A stretch of 63,683 nucleotides of DNA from a virus. The notes under the pieces were generated by a model. It made no database searches. It was not told where the DNA came from and saw nothing but the letters and a program-made list of their open reading frames with translations. The stretch is from the IMG/VR virus record IMGVR_UViG_3300045988_129598; one strand, given 5' to 3'. Position 1 is the first letter of the stretch. Each line of letters opens with the position of its first letter. The translations under genes and the position numbers were made by a program. Shown here in pieces: positions 41,901 through 49,429 of the stretch.

Positions 41901-42896
41901 ATAAACTTCGAGACAATGATGTGCAATCGCTCCCAGCTCAAAATCAATCTTGCCCATCAAGTCTTGATAGCGGCTGAATGGGAGTTTTCGTCCGCTTGGC
42001 CGTACATCGATCAAACGACGGATGATACCCGATTTCGCGTCGGTAATCTTGACCGGGCGGTTCGTTGCCATGAAGAGAAAACAATTCGCTCGCGCCGTGT
42101 AAGCGGACTTGTATTTTTCATTCATGGTCATCATCTCATGAGACACGATTGAATTCAACTTGGTATTGTCTTCGATTCGACTCAGATCGCCATCATGCTG
42201 AATCGCAACAAGCGGGTTGTCTCGAAAAGCTTCTGTGGCAAACTGGTTGTTATTGCTCGCAAGAGACTTGGCATCGAAACTTACGTAATATCCCTCAAAG
42301 AGTTTCTGGATAATGTTAAGGATCGTGCTTTTGCCTGCACCCGCATCGCCATAGAAGACCAAGAATTTCTGAATCGTAACACTGTCACCCGAAACAATCG
42401 CTCCAATCGCCCATTCAATCTTTGCTCGTTCATCAGGATCATAGAGCGTTGAGACGATCTCATCAAACGCATCATAGTTTCCGGGTTCAAGCGGATAGGA
42501 TAGTGACTTCGAAATGTAATCGGTCTTCTTGATTGGCGTATTCGCAAAGGTCAGCTTGCTGTCGAGTTGATGGCTATTATCAGACAGGTTCCCCACATAG
42601 CTCTGAAATATCTTCCACGAATTTGTGGAGTAGTCCATCATCGTTCGGAGTCGTAATGTGGCCTCAGGGAATATCTTTCTGGTTTCGTCAACCTTAGCTT
42701 CGATATCCTTGTCAATAAGACGCTGCACGTCGTAACTATCCGTAGTCCATAGCCCACGCTCTTCATCCCAAATTGCGTAGAAGTCTTTACCTCGGATCAT
42801 GAGGTCTTTGCTTTTGCAGATTTTAAACTCCGGATAGATCTCGACGACGTTCTTTTCTTTCGGAACAGTACGCGTCCTAATTTGACAAAAGTCCAT
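38904..42896 (-). CDS. fused SF3 (D5/P4-like) helicase - primase-polymerase (AEP) - family B DNA polymerase
   Basis: Walker A FYGDAGAGKST. AEP motifs HIVIDFDLKD and GGAGIHLHYIY. PolB exo motifs FFDIEVFPN, NCRRYDNHIL, YCDNDVIAT. PolB pol motifs FDVASMHPHSI, KIAINSVYG, IHIKTDSI. Confidence 0.8.
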   Translation of the reverse strand: MDFCQIRTRTVPKEKNVVEIYPEFKICKSKDLMIRGKDFYAIWDEERGLWTTDSYDVQRLIDKDIEAKVDETRKIFPEATLRLRTMMDYSTNSWKIFQSYVGNLSDNSHQLDSKLTFANTPIKKTDYISKSLSYPLEPGNYDAFDEIVSTLYDPDERAKIEWAIGAIVSGDSVTIQKFLVFYGDAGAGKSTILNIIQKLFEGYYVSFDAKSLASNNNQFATEAFRDNPLVAIQHDGDLSRIEDNTKLNSIVSHEMMTMNEKYKSAYTARANCFLFMATNRPVKITDAKSGIIRRLIDVRPSGRKLPFSRYQDLMGKIDFELGAIAHHCLEVYKEMGKDYYNAYRPMDMMYKTDFFFNFVEDKYDIFDKQDCTTLKIAYAMYKEYCEDSGTEAKLPMYKFREELKNYFEHYADMERIDGKQVRKYYSGFIRKKFRPEEQAKEEAPKEKGSWLKLDCTESLLDDIYANYPAQYATEDGTPLIAWDKVTTTLADICTDKLHYVMLPENHIVIDFDLKDDSGEKSVERNLEAASKWPKTYAEFSKGGAGIHLHYIYEGGDPKQLQRLYAPNIEVKVFTGKSSCRRRLTKCNDIPIATITSGLPLKEEKPMVNEKAVKSEKGLRRLINRHLRKEIVGSTASSIGLINDILDKAYESGMAYDVSDMKPAVLAFAAGSTHQSERCTKIAMKMKYKSEDTSEPGTYAEEPLVFFDIEVFPNLFLVNWKYPGKECKCVRMINPSPQDVGELMQKKLIGFNCRRYDNHILYARYLGKSIEELYDISQAIISGDRNAMFGQAYNVSYTDVYDFSSTKQSLKKFEIDLGIHHQELGLPWDQPVPEDKWQLVAEYCDNDVIATEAVWNARQADFVAREILADIAGGTVNDTTNQLTARLIFGNVKNPQSSFVYRNLADPIQLPDDSPEKDFLKANFSEMMREPFGEAKSDLPYFPGYDFKKGSGHELYKLVGFNWDGRDPESIEPDIVKKPTSSYGGFDPGEGGFVWAKPGMYGRTITFDVASMHPHSITSEYLFGQYTVVFNDLLNTRIAIKHKDFEKAGKMFGGKLAKYLTDPAKAKQLSQALKIAINSVYGLTAAHFDNAFHDPRNIDNIVAKRGALFMIDLLNYVHERGGEVIHIKTDSIKVLNPSPELQKEIIAFGKRYGYDFEIEHIFEKICLVNNAVYIAKLAEDDPEAPGQWTATGKQFAEPYVFKTLFSKEPIVFNDYCQTKSVKTAIYLDFDENLGEDEHNRIFIGKCGQFCPVLPGTGGARLVRDSGEKFDSVTGTKGYRWREAEFLRELKKEDTVDESYYRKLVDEAVASLSRFGDIEWFLGESIGGPRDE

Positions 42897-42934
42897 GCCG
42901 TAACCTCCTTTCTCGGCTCACTCTTTTGTGATTA

Positions 42935-43240
42935 GCGTTGTGACAGTTGTGCAGTTTTTTACACAGTTTATAAACTTTTATATAAAAACACTATTCCCCA
43001 AAAAACTTTTTAGTAGTAAAAAACTGTAAAACTGTAACAGACCCCTATTTTTTCTAATAATATCTAGAAAAATGCTGTTACAGTTTTGGATTTTTGGGCT
43101 TTCAAAACTGTCACACTGTTACAGTTTTCTGTAACACTTTTTCTCTTTTCCGTTAAGATTTCTTAATGCGAACAGCAAAATTTTTTCAAAGCATCGAAAA
43201 CGCATTTCAAAACTGTCACAACTGTTACAGTTTTGCTGAA
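42935..43240. repeat. iteron array with AT-rich spacer: putative replication origin / operator cluster
   Basis: At least 8 copies of AAAACTGT(A/C)ACA in both orientations, including palindromic pairs at 43103-43137 and 43208-43236. AT-rich stretch at 42963-43020. No ORF. Confidence 0.6.
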
Positions 43241-43247
43241 GAAAATA

Positions 43248-43547
43248 TCAGTGAAAATCACTCAAAAACGCCTCCAAATCAGCCTTCTGTCCATCCTTAT
43301 AAGTCACCGAAATCGAGCATTTAAATAACTCAATATCAGGTATCAGGACAACATTTTTGAACGCTGGGGCACTTCTCGAATCAGTCGTAAAGCAGTCCTT
43401 TTTATAGTTATTTTTCAGCGTATGCGTCCTCAAAACTTGACACGCGCGATCGTTCAAGGGCTCAATATCAACCCTCTGAATGCCAGCATGAAGTTCGATC
43501 GGAAGCTGGCTCAGCCATGTCCAAAGTTGCTTATCTCTGTTATCCAT
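43248..43547 (-). CDS. hypothetical protein
   Basis: 99-aa ORF. ATG at 43547 follows AAGGAG. Confidence 0.55.
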   Translation of the reverse strand: MDNRDKQLWTWLSQLPIELHAGIQRVDIEPLNDRACQVLRTHTLKNNYKKDCFTTDSRSAPAFKNVVLIPDIELFKCSISVTYKDGQKADLEAFLSDFH

Positions 43548-43550
43548 CAC

Positions 43551-43751
43551 TCAAATCTCCTTCGTAATACTATCTCCATTTTTACCTGAAACCCGAATCA
43601 GAACACCTGGAACATCCTCTCCCTCGGCAACTCTGATTGTAATAATCGCCATGCTGGGCTCTGCTACGGAACTGTTAAACATGTCAGTTGCAGATGCTTT
43701 AAGGCGTTCCTCCACGCCGCTCATCTTATCCAAAACATTAGTAAGATTCAT
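43551..43751 (-). CDS. hypothetical protein
   Basis: ATG at 43751 follows TTGAAAGGAG. 66 aa. Confidence 0.5.
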   Translation of the reverse strand: MNLTNVLDKMSGVEERLKASATDMFNSSVAEPSMAIITIRVAEGEDVPGVLIRVSGKNGDSITKEI

Positions 43752-43783
43752 GAGTTTGTCTCTCCTTTCAAAGTACCCAAATA

Positions 43784-44317
43784 TCACAGGCAATCAAACG
43801 TCTCCATCAGCCACGCTTGCGCCTGATACCAAATCTCCACTCTTCGCTGATCTTCTCGCGGTCGTTTAAGCGGAAACAGTCCGCCTCGCCCGTTGTACTC
43901 GTACAGCCGTTCAAGTAAGACATTCAGGATATCCTCCACTAGGTCTTCCGTCCGCCAATCCTCAAAAGCTTCATCATCAAACTGAATCAATCCAAGATTA
44001 TCGAGCATTCGCCAGAAGAAATATCCATCGGTGAAGTTCGGTTCATCGTCCACCATAATATCCGTAATCCGCTGACTAAGCGCGACCAGCATTTCCAAAA
44101 CGGAGCACGGCCCTAAGTCTGCCCAGCGTACCCCGAAGTACATGCCGCGCAGCTCAAGGCCATGCTCTTCCAAGTTTTCATCATGCGGAACGATTCCGAT
44201 AAACTCCCGATTCATCAAAATATCAAAGAGCCTATCGTAGGTTCGTCCGGCAGGGATTTCTCGTTCAATGAAACGACGAAGCCATCTTACATACGCTTCA
44301 CGCTCCTTTTCCGTCAT
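43784..44317 (-). CDS. hypothetical protein
   Basis: 177-aa ORF in the co-directional chain. Confidence 0.6.
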   Translation of the reverse strand: MTEKEREAYVRWLRRFIEREIPAGRTYDRLFDILMNREFIGIVPHDENLEEHGLELRGMYFGVRWADLGPCSVLEMLVALSQRITDIMVDDEPNFTDGYFFWRMLDNLGLIQFDDEAFEDWRTEDLVEDILNVLLERLYEYNGRGGLFPLKRPREDQRRVEIWYQAQAWLMETFDCL

Positions 44318-44326
44318 CGTAAAATA

Positions 44327-44689
44327 TCACTCCTTTTCGTCTAAATTAGAATTCCTCAAAAACTCTTCGTATAGTATTCGATTGCCAGGAATAACGATTT
44401 CGTTTCCCAAATCCACATGGATCGTGTTCGTTGGCCACATATTGATAAGACTACGATTATAATACTGGTCAATCAGGACTGCACGTATGCGCTTCCCCAA
44501 ATATACTTCGATTGTTCGATTATATGAAGGCCCAAGTTTTCGGTGCTTCTTTGCCCAATATTGTCGTTTGTCTTCCCTCATCATCGCTTTGGCATACCGT
44601 CTGGGAAATGACGGGTCTCGGGAATTCACCATATATCCAAGACGAAGGCCTTCACACCATCTTCTTCGATATTCCACTTTAGATTTCAT
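44327..44689 (-). CDS. basic hypothetical protein (MKSKVEYRRR N-terminus)
   Basis: ATG at 44689 follows TAAAGGAG. The longer track ORF overlaps gene 44703..44945 out of frame. Confidence 0.5.
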   Translation of the reverse strand: MKSKVEYRRRWCEGLRLGYMVNSRDPSFPRRYAKAMMREDKRQYWAKKHRKLGPSYNRTIEVYLGKRIRAVLIDQYYNRSLINMWPTNTIHVDLGNEIVIPGNRILYEEFLRNSNLDEKE

Positions 44690-44702
44690 AGCTAATGCTC
44701 CT

Positions 44703-44945
44703 TTATTCAGGCAATTCGCCTCTCCTGATTCTTTTACCATTGACAATAATGCCATGCTTTTTAATATACTGATACGAGCGATCCAATCGGCGAATACTTC
44801 GCGAACATTTTCGGATATATGCATCCTTTGGTATACCTCTTCTGGCGTACCATGCTCGTTCTTCTGCCGACAGTCTCGCCCATGAGAAACATGCGTCAAT
44901 TATGTATTTCATTTTGCGCTTCCGATATTCTGTTCTGGATTTCAT
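44703..44945 (-). CDS. basic hypothetical protein (MKSRTEYRKR N-terminus)
   Basis: 80 aa, Arg/Lys-rich. N-terminal decapeptide resembles that of the next gene. Confidence 0.5.
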   Translation of the reverse strand: MKSRTEYRKRKMKYIIDACFSWARLSAEERAWYARRGIPKDAYIRKCSRSIRRLDRSYQYIKKHGIIVNGKRIRRGELPE

Positions 44946-44958
44946 AAACTGGCACTCC

Positions 44959-45345
44959 TTACGGTCTGACTTCGACAGTCGGCAGAACCTCCGTGTGGAA
45001 ATAGAGCTTATAATGGTAGGGATCAGTATACATTCCTGTAATATCTTCTACCACGTACATAGTATACGTATTCAGATAGATATAATTCTTTTTATACGAG
45101 TTCGGTCCAATTTTTATAGTCACAACGAGTTCGTTGCTCGAGTTGTTCGAGATGGACATCGCGCCTTCGCACTCAAGGATGACCTTGTCTGTTCGAGCAT
45201 TATAGACCGTAATTTTTCGCTGCGACTCAAAGTAGTCGGCCTGCTTGCTGATGTTGGCATTAACCTTGTCTGCTTCACTGCATCCCGTCGTAAGGAGCAG
45301 TGCACCAGTCAGCATACCCGCAAGAACGAAATTTTTAATTTTCAT
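44959..45345 (-). CDS. lipoprotein (candidate superinfection exclusion)
   Basis: Signal peptide plus lipobox MKIKNFVLAGMLTGALLLTTGC. 128 aa with a beta-rich mature part. Confidence 0.6.
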   Translation of the reverse strand: MKIKNFVLAGMLTGALLLTTGCSEADKVNANISKQADYFESQRKITVYNARTDKVILECEGAMSISNNSSNELVVTIKIGPNSYKKNYIYLNTYTMYVVEDITGMYTDPYHYKLYFHTEVLPTVEVRP

Positions 45346-45351
45346 GAATTA

Positions 45352-46011
45352 TCACTTAACCTTTCTTTGTTCCGAGAAATAATATTCTACAAGATCATAG
45401 CCTTTAGGCCTTATGCCGGTAAGTTCAATTTCGCAGAATGCCCAACTGCCAACGTTATTGTAATTCGGAAAGCAGTCATAATAGTCTCCACCACCGCGTC
45501 CGTTACCGCAGGCGGTCAAAAGCGGCAGAGGATGAACGCACGCGTCATATTCATAAGTTTTATTATTGACAACCCGATTGTTTGCATACGTCTTCCATTC
45601 TGATTTTCCATGCCATTTGTTCTCTTCGATATAACTTTCGAGATCAATGTATTCCTTTGTTGTATGATTGATAAGATACCGACGACAATTTTTCAGAGTT
45701 AAATATCCATAGGGTTTAGAATGAATATCAAATCGATCTCGCTTATCACCCCACACATTCTCATAGATTTCATTAAAGTCATCTTGAGAAATATATCTTG
45801 TATAGGCTCCTTCCCACGGATCATTAGAATAATCACCAATCCACGCAAGCTTCGTCGGTTTCTTCCAAATTTGCGTACATACAGCGCTTACAAACTTATT
45901 CCCAATATAAGAGTGTTCCATCAATTTCAAGCCATTATCATAGTCATGCGAGTACAACGTAGAAATCGTTCCGTCTTTTGCGATTAGCGTCGGCATATAA
46001 TACTGGCCCAT
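45352..46011 (-). CDS. hypothetical protein
   Basis: 219-aa ORF with RBS TAGGAGG. Conserved-looking PLPLLTACGNGRGGGDYY segment. Confidence 0.6.
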   Translation of the reverse strand: MGQYYMPTLIAKDGTISTLYSHDYDNGLKLMEHSYIGNKFVSAVCTQIWKKPTKLAWIGDYSNDPWEGAYTRYISQDDFNEIYENVWGDKRDRFDIHSKPYGYLTLKNCRRYLINHTTKEYIDLESYIEENKWHGKSEWKTYANNRVVNNKTYEYDACVHPLPLLTACGNGRGGGDYYDCFPNYNNVGSWAFCEIELTGIRPKGYDLVEYYFSEQRKVK

Positions 46012-46042
46012 AATGTCCTCCTATATGGTCCTTATGTATTGC

Positions 46043-46639
46043 TTACTCTCCCAACACAACCTGATGATAGCTCTGGTGAATTCTCGTCACCTCATAGTCG
46101 CAATGCAGCTTCTCATTGCGGATATACATCGTTTCACTATCCCCGCTCAATTCGGCCGCCTCTGCTCCAAAGTGATCCAAAGCATCTGCACCGATCAAAG
46201 ACTCTACATCGTTGACCATTTCGTCTTCGTTGTTCGCCAGAATATCATCCACCGCATAATAGGTCAGTGATTCGGTGCCATACCTTTCTGGATATCCGGC
46301 ATCAAAATCATCGATCGAGATCATATGAGGTTCTTTAAGCTCCTCCAGGAACTCCTGGTCAATATCTTCTTCTTCCTCAAGAGGTCTGATCGGCGTAATT
46401 TTGCTATAGTCAACCGTTTGCGTCTCATAAGTGCCCTCTACAGGCGTTTGAAGGGGGCTAGGAGCGTTCTGAATATCATTCGTGATCGTTCGTTCACCTC
46501 GGCTCTCAATCGCATTACAGGCGCTATTATTTGCTTCTGTGAGCATCACCTGACGATGCTTGTAAAGTCGATTTCCAAGGTATGCAAGTCCAATGCTTCC
46601 ACCAATAATAGCTGCCAACTTCAAGATTTTAGTCTTCAT
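46043..46639 (-). CDS. membrane-anchored hypothetical protein
   Basis: N-terminal TM LKLAAIIGGSIGLAYLG. RBS TAAGGAG. Confidence 0.6.
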   Translation of the reverse strand: MKTKILKLAAIIGGSIGLAYLGNRLYKHRQVMLTEANNSACNAIESRGERTITNDIQNAPSPLQTPVEGTYETQTVDYSKITPIRPLEEEEDIDQEFLEELKEPHMISIDDFDAGYPERYGTESLTYYAVDDILANNEDEMVNDVESLIGADALDHFGAEAAELSGDSETMYIRNEKLHCDYEVTRIHQSYHQVVLGE

Positions 46640-46651
46640 AGCAATTTCTCC

Positions 46652-47623
46652 TTAGTCTTCCATTAGATCAAAGATACTGCCTCTTACGTTAAAGTCCAGA
46701 ATAATCGAATCCTCCTGACCATTGATAAAACGATACGAGCCATCTTTGGTGAACAGACCGAAGTCCACATAGTAGTCAGCATCATCCTGATCCGCAGCGC
46801 CTTCAGCCGGAATATACCAGCCAACCACAGCGCCAGCTTTTGTTGCATCAAAACCAAGAGCCTCGTAGACTTCGTTCAGGAACAAATATCCGCCGTGCTC
46901 ATGGTTGCGCCTGGCAAGAAGCTTGTCGTTCATCTGATTCTGAACCTTTTTAAGGAACCACATATTATAGGAAGATTCTCCCTGCCAATAGTCGTTCCCC
47001 TTCTCAAATACCTTCGCGTACATTGAGTAGTCGTTAGGATTTCTGCCAATATCATTCCGTTTTACAACAGTAATTTCTTTGGCCTCGCCCTTCTCATCCG
47101 TAGCCGTCTCTTTGATCAGTTCCTCCGCTTTAATACCGTGCAGGAATCGCCAATCCGCTTCTTCACCGAGTTCTTCCCGGACGTTTCCGCGATAACCGCC
47201 AAACGCCTTCGTTGTCGCAGTCAAAGCAGCTGCCGTAGCCGCATAGCGCTGAGCTAACATGTGATGACCACCCAAGAAGCAGGCCATACTCGCAGCGTAC
47301 AATCCCGCAGCCGGAGCATATACCTTAGCCAAATCAACGCACATAATCGCCTTGGCTTTCAGAATGTCATTCCTCTTGTCGTCCTCGGTATAAGTCTGAC
47401 CGTCAACGACACAGTTATTGATCCTCGCCAGATGCGTTTCTTTCTTGGCGAAAATATCATCCACCTTCGTAGTGCTCTTCGCCGTTTCATATAGAGCTGC
47501 TGCACCAGTAACCATACCCGCACCCATCAGGATTTGTGGCATATGCTTATAAATAATAAGACCGGCTCGAGAACCGAACCGGCGAACAACCTTCATTCCA
47601 TTTTTGACAAAACTGAGATTCAT
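46652..47623 (-). CDS. two-TM paralogue family member 1
   Basis: ATG at 47623 follows TTGAAAGGAG. The N-terminal architecture is shared with genes 54922..55707 and 59654..60418. Confidence 0.6.
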   Translation of the reverse strand: MNLSFVKNGMKVVRRFGSRAGLIIYKHMPQILMGAGMVTGAAALYETAKSTTKVDDIFAKKETHLARINNCVVDGQTYTEDDKRNDILKAKAIMCVDLAKVYAPAAGLYAASMACFLGGHHMLAQRYAATAAALTATTKAFGGYRGNVREELGEEADWRFLHGIKAEELIKETATDEKGEAKEITVVKRNDIGRNPNDYSMYAKVFEKGNDYWQGESSYNMWFLKKVQNQMNDKLLARRNHEHGGYLFLNEVYEALGFDATKAGAVVGWYIPAEGAADQDDADYYVDFGLFTKDGSYRFINGQEDSIILDFNVRGSIFDLMED

Positions 47624-47644
47624 ATAGTGCTCTCCTTTCAAATA

Positions 47645-47875
47645 TTATGCCGAAGCATAGTAGTTCCATTTACGTACAGTTTCGGGATAGCCGTCTTTGA
47701 TCTTTATGATAGAACATCTGGTGAGTTTACACAAAGACGACCCTTTTATATACACATTACAGCGCATACACCCAACTCGATAGTCCTCAAAATATGTTCT
47801 TTTAAGAGGCTCCGCATCTCGAGTTGTGATGATTACAGCAGCCCTTCCGCCACAAAACGGACACGGAGCTAACAT
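47645..47875 (-). CDS. Lar-like restriction alleviation protein (zinc ribbon)
   Basis: MLAPCPFCGGRAAV... plus a second Cys pair GCMRCN. The pattern is remembered from the Lar family. Confidence 0.5.
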   Translation of the reverse strand: MLAPCPFCGGRAAVIITTRDAEPLKRTYFEDYRVGCMRCNVYIKGSSLCKLTRCSIIKIKDGYPETVRKWNYYASA

Positions 47876-47892
47876 AATGCTCCCCTTTCAAC

Positions 47893-48372
47893 TCAAAAAC
47901 ATTCCGGTACATCAGCATGCTTACGTGAAATGGGCATTTCCGTGTAAATGAGCGCTTCAGTTGTCACATCGTCGCCATGCTGAACATCTATGCAATCAAT
48001 AAAAGCGCCGGGATTTGCACCGGTGAGAACCAAACTTACTTCCTTGATAGAGCCACGAAGAATAATACCATGATCTTGTTCTATGTCAGTGGCGTAGACT
48101 GAAAGGGCCCAAATATCACCACGACGAATCAGCTCTTTAACGTATCGTACGCTATTAGTGTTGTTGAACGTGCAGTAGGCGTACACACCTTCATCCTTAT
48201 TTTGAAGGAGCGCATAGCCTAGCATATTTTCGCGAGTATAGTCGCCGTGTGTCCAGAGCAGTGGGACAATATTCCCGCCATCTTTCGCAAACGCATTTTG
48301 ATGGATAATTTGCTCGCCTGCATATTCGAGGTCAGTCTTGATTACCCATCCGCTAAAGTCACATTTATTCAT
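47893..48372 (-). CDS. stand-alone paralogue of the prohead protease domain
   Basis: Aligns along its whole length with the N-terminal ~160 aa of gene 25425..27122 (PLLWTHGD, LSVYATD, IKEVSLVLTGANPGA). 56 nt are identical (48158-48213 = 26908-26963). Confidence 0.7.
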   Translation of the reverse strand: MNKCDFSGWVIKTDLEYAGEQIIHQNAFAKDGGNIVPLLWTHGDYTRENMLGYALLQNKDEGVYAYCTFNNTNSVRYVKELIRRGDIWALSVYATDIEQDHGIILRGSIKEVSLVLTGANPGAFIDCIDVQHGDDVTTEALIYTEMPISRKHADVPECF

Positions 48373-48390
48373 CGGGACTCCTTTCAAATA

Positions 48391-48609
48391 TCAGTCATAA
48401 AACCCGCAAGCCTTTTTTGTTTCGATGATTCGAGCTCGCTGAGCCATATTGATACGTGAAACTTCTGTGGCAGCTTCTCTCTTAACTCGGATGCTCTCCG
48501 CCCAATTCAGATAAGCTTCACAGGTCATGTGGCAGTTCGGTTCGACGCAACGGTCTGCGCAATCTCTCGTGCAAGGACTTACCGGATAACTCGAACGGGG
48601 TGAGGTCAT
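48391..48609 (-). CDS. Cys-rich hypothetical protein
   Basis: 72-aa ORF with RBS AAAGGAG. Seven Cys residues. Confidence 0.5.
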   Translation of the reverse strand: MTSPRSSYPVSPCTRDCADRCVEPNCHMTCEAYLNWAESIRVKREAATEVSRINMAQRARIIETKKACGFYD

Positions 48610-48834
48610 TTATTTATTCTCCTTTGCTACATGATAATGAGAAACGGAATAGACCACGTGTCCGCATTTGGGGCAATTACATACTGCATAGAAGCAACCC
48701 GCGTTTGCGGAAAAGAATTCTTCGTAAGAGTATTTGCCCCTGTCCTCGGGTGTGGTTCCGGCTGTAAACTGTGTCCCGCATCTTCGACATATAAATTCAT
48801 AAAACACGATCTGACGGTCGTGTTCAATCTTCAT
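48610..48834 (-). CDS. zinc-ribbon protein (paralogue of 49430..49690)
   Basis: ATG at 48834 follows GGGAGGAA. CRRCG...CNCPKCG motifs. Confidence 0.5.
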   Translation of the reverse strand: MKIEHDRQIVFYEFICRRCGTQFTAGTTPEDRGKYSYEEFFSANAGCFYAVCNCPKCGHVVYSVSHYHVAKENK

Positions 48835-49126
48835 GCGATTGTTCCTCCCAAATGCTTTCCAGGAATCGCTTCGTGAGTGTGTCTTTATGGAATGCAGAAT
48901 CACCTAATTCATCAACCACGTTATTCCAAGCAACGCACATTTCAAGCGCCGTGATCAGCGCTGCCTCTCTGCTTTTGTTATCAGAAGATTTGTATTTTTT
49001 CCCCCATGCATCCCCTAGTATACTGAGTACGGCATCCTCAGAACCTCCGATAAGTCGCATTGCTTTTATCAAAGCGCTCACTGTTTCACGTAACGCATCG
49101 ATATTCGCTTTCATCTCAGCATTCAT
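48824..49126 (-). CDS. helical hypothetical protein (paralogue of 49130..49426)
   Basis: C-terminus AFHKDTLTKRFLESIWEE versus AFHKDALTKRFLKIILEE in the neighbouring gene. Confidence 0.55.
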   Translation of the reverse strand: MNAEMKANIDALRETVSALIKAMRLIGGSEDAVLSILGDAWGKKYKSSDNKSREAALITALEMCVAWNNVVDELGDSAFHKDTLTKRFLESIWEEQSHED

Positions 49127-49129
49127 GCT

Positions 49130-49426
49130 TTATTCCTCCAAAATGATTTTCAGGAATCGTTTCGTCAGTGCATCCTTATGGAATGCGGGATCGCCCAGTT
49201 TGTCGACTGCTTTATTCCAAGCGAGTCCTAGTATTATATCCATAGCCGCCACTTCCTCCATGCATTTCTCGTCAGAAGATTTATAATATTCTGCAAACAT
49301 CCGTTCTAACTTATCCAGCAGGGCATCCTCGGATCTCCCAATAAGCGAAAAAATTCGCATCGCAGAGTACACCATTTCATTTATTGCATCGATAGCATTT
49401 TTCGTCTTTTCAAGTGCGGCATTCAC
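49130..49426 (-). CDS. helical hypothetical protein
   Basis: GTG start after GGAGGAA. Tandem paralogue of gene 48824..49126. Confidence 0.55.
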   Translation of the reverse strand: MNAALEKTKNAIDAINEMVYSAMRIFSLIGRSEDALLDKLERMFAEYYKSSDEKCMEEVAAMDIILGLAWNKAVDKLGDPAFHKDALTKRFLKIILEE

Positions 49427-49429
49427 AAT

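Noticed and set aside
44327-44899. A single 190-aa gene at 44327-44899.
   Set aside because: Its first 70 codons overlap gene 44703-44945 out of frame. An internal ATG at 44689 with TAAAGGAG gives two adjacent, non-overlapping genes.
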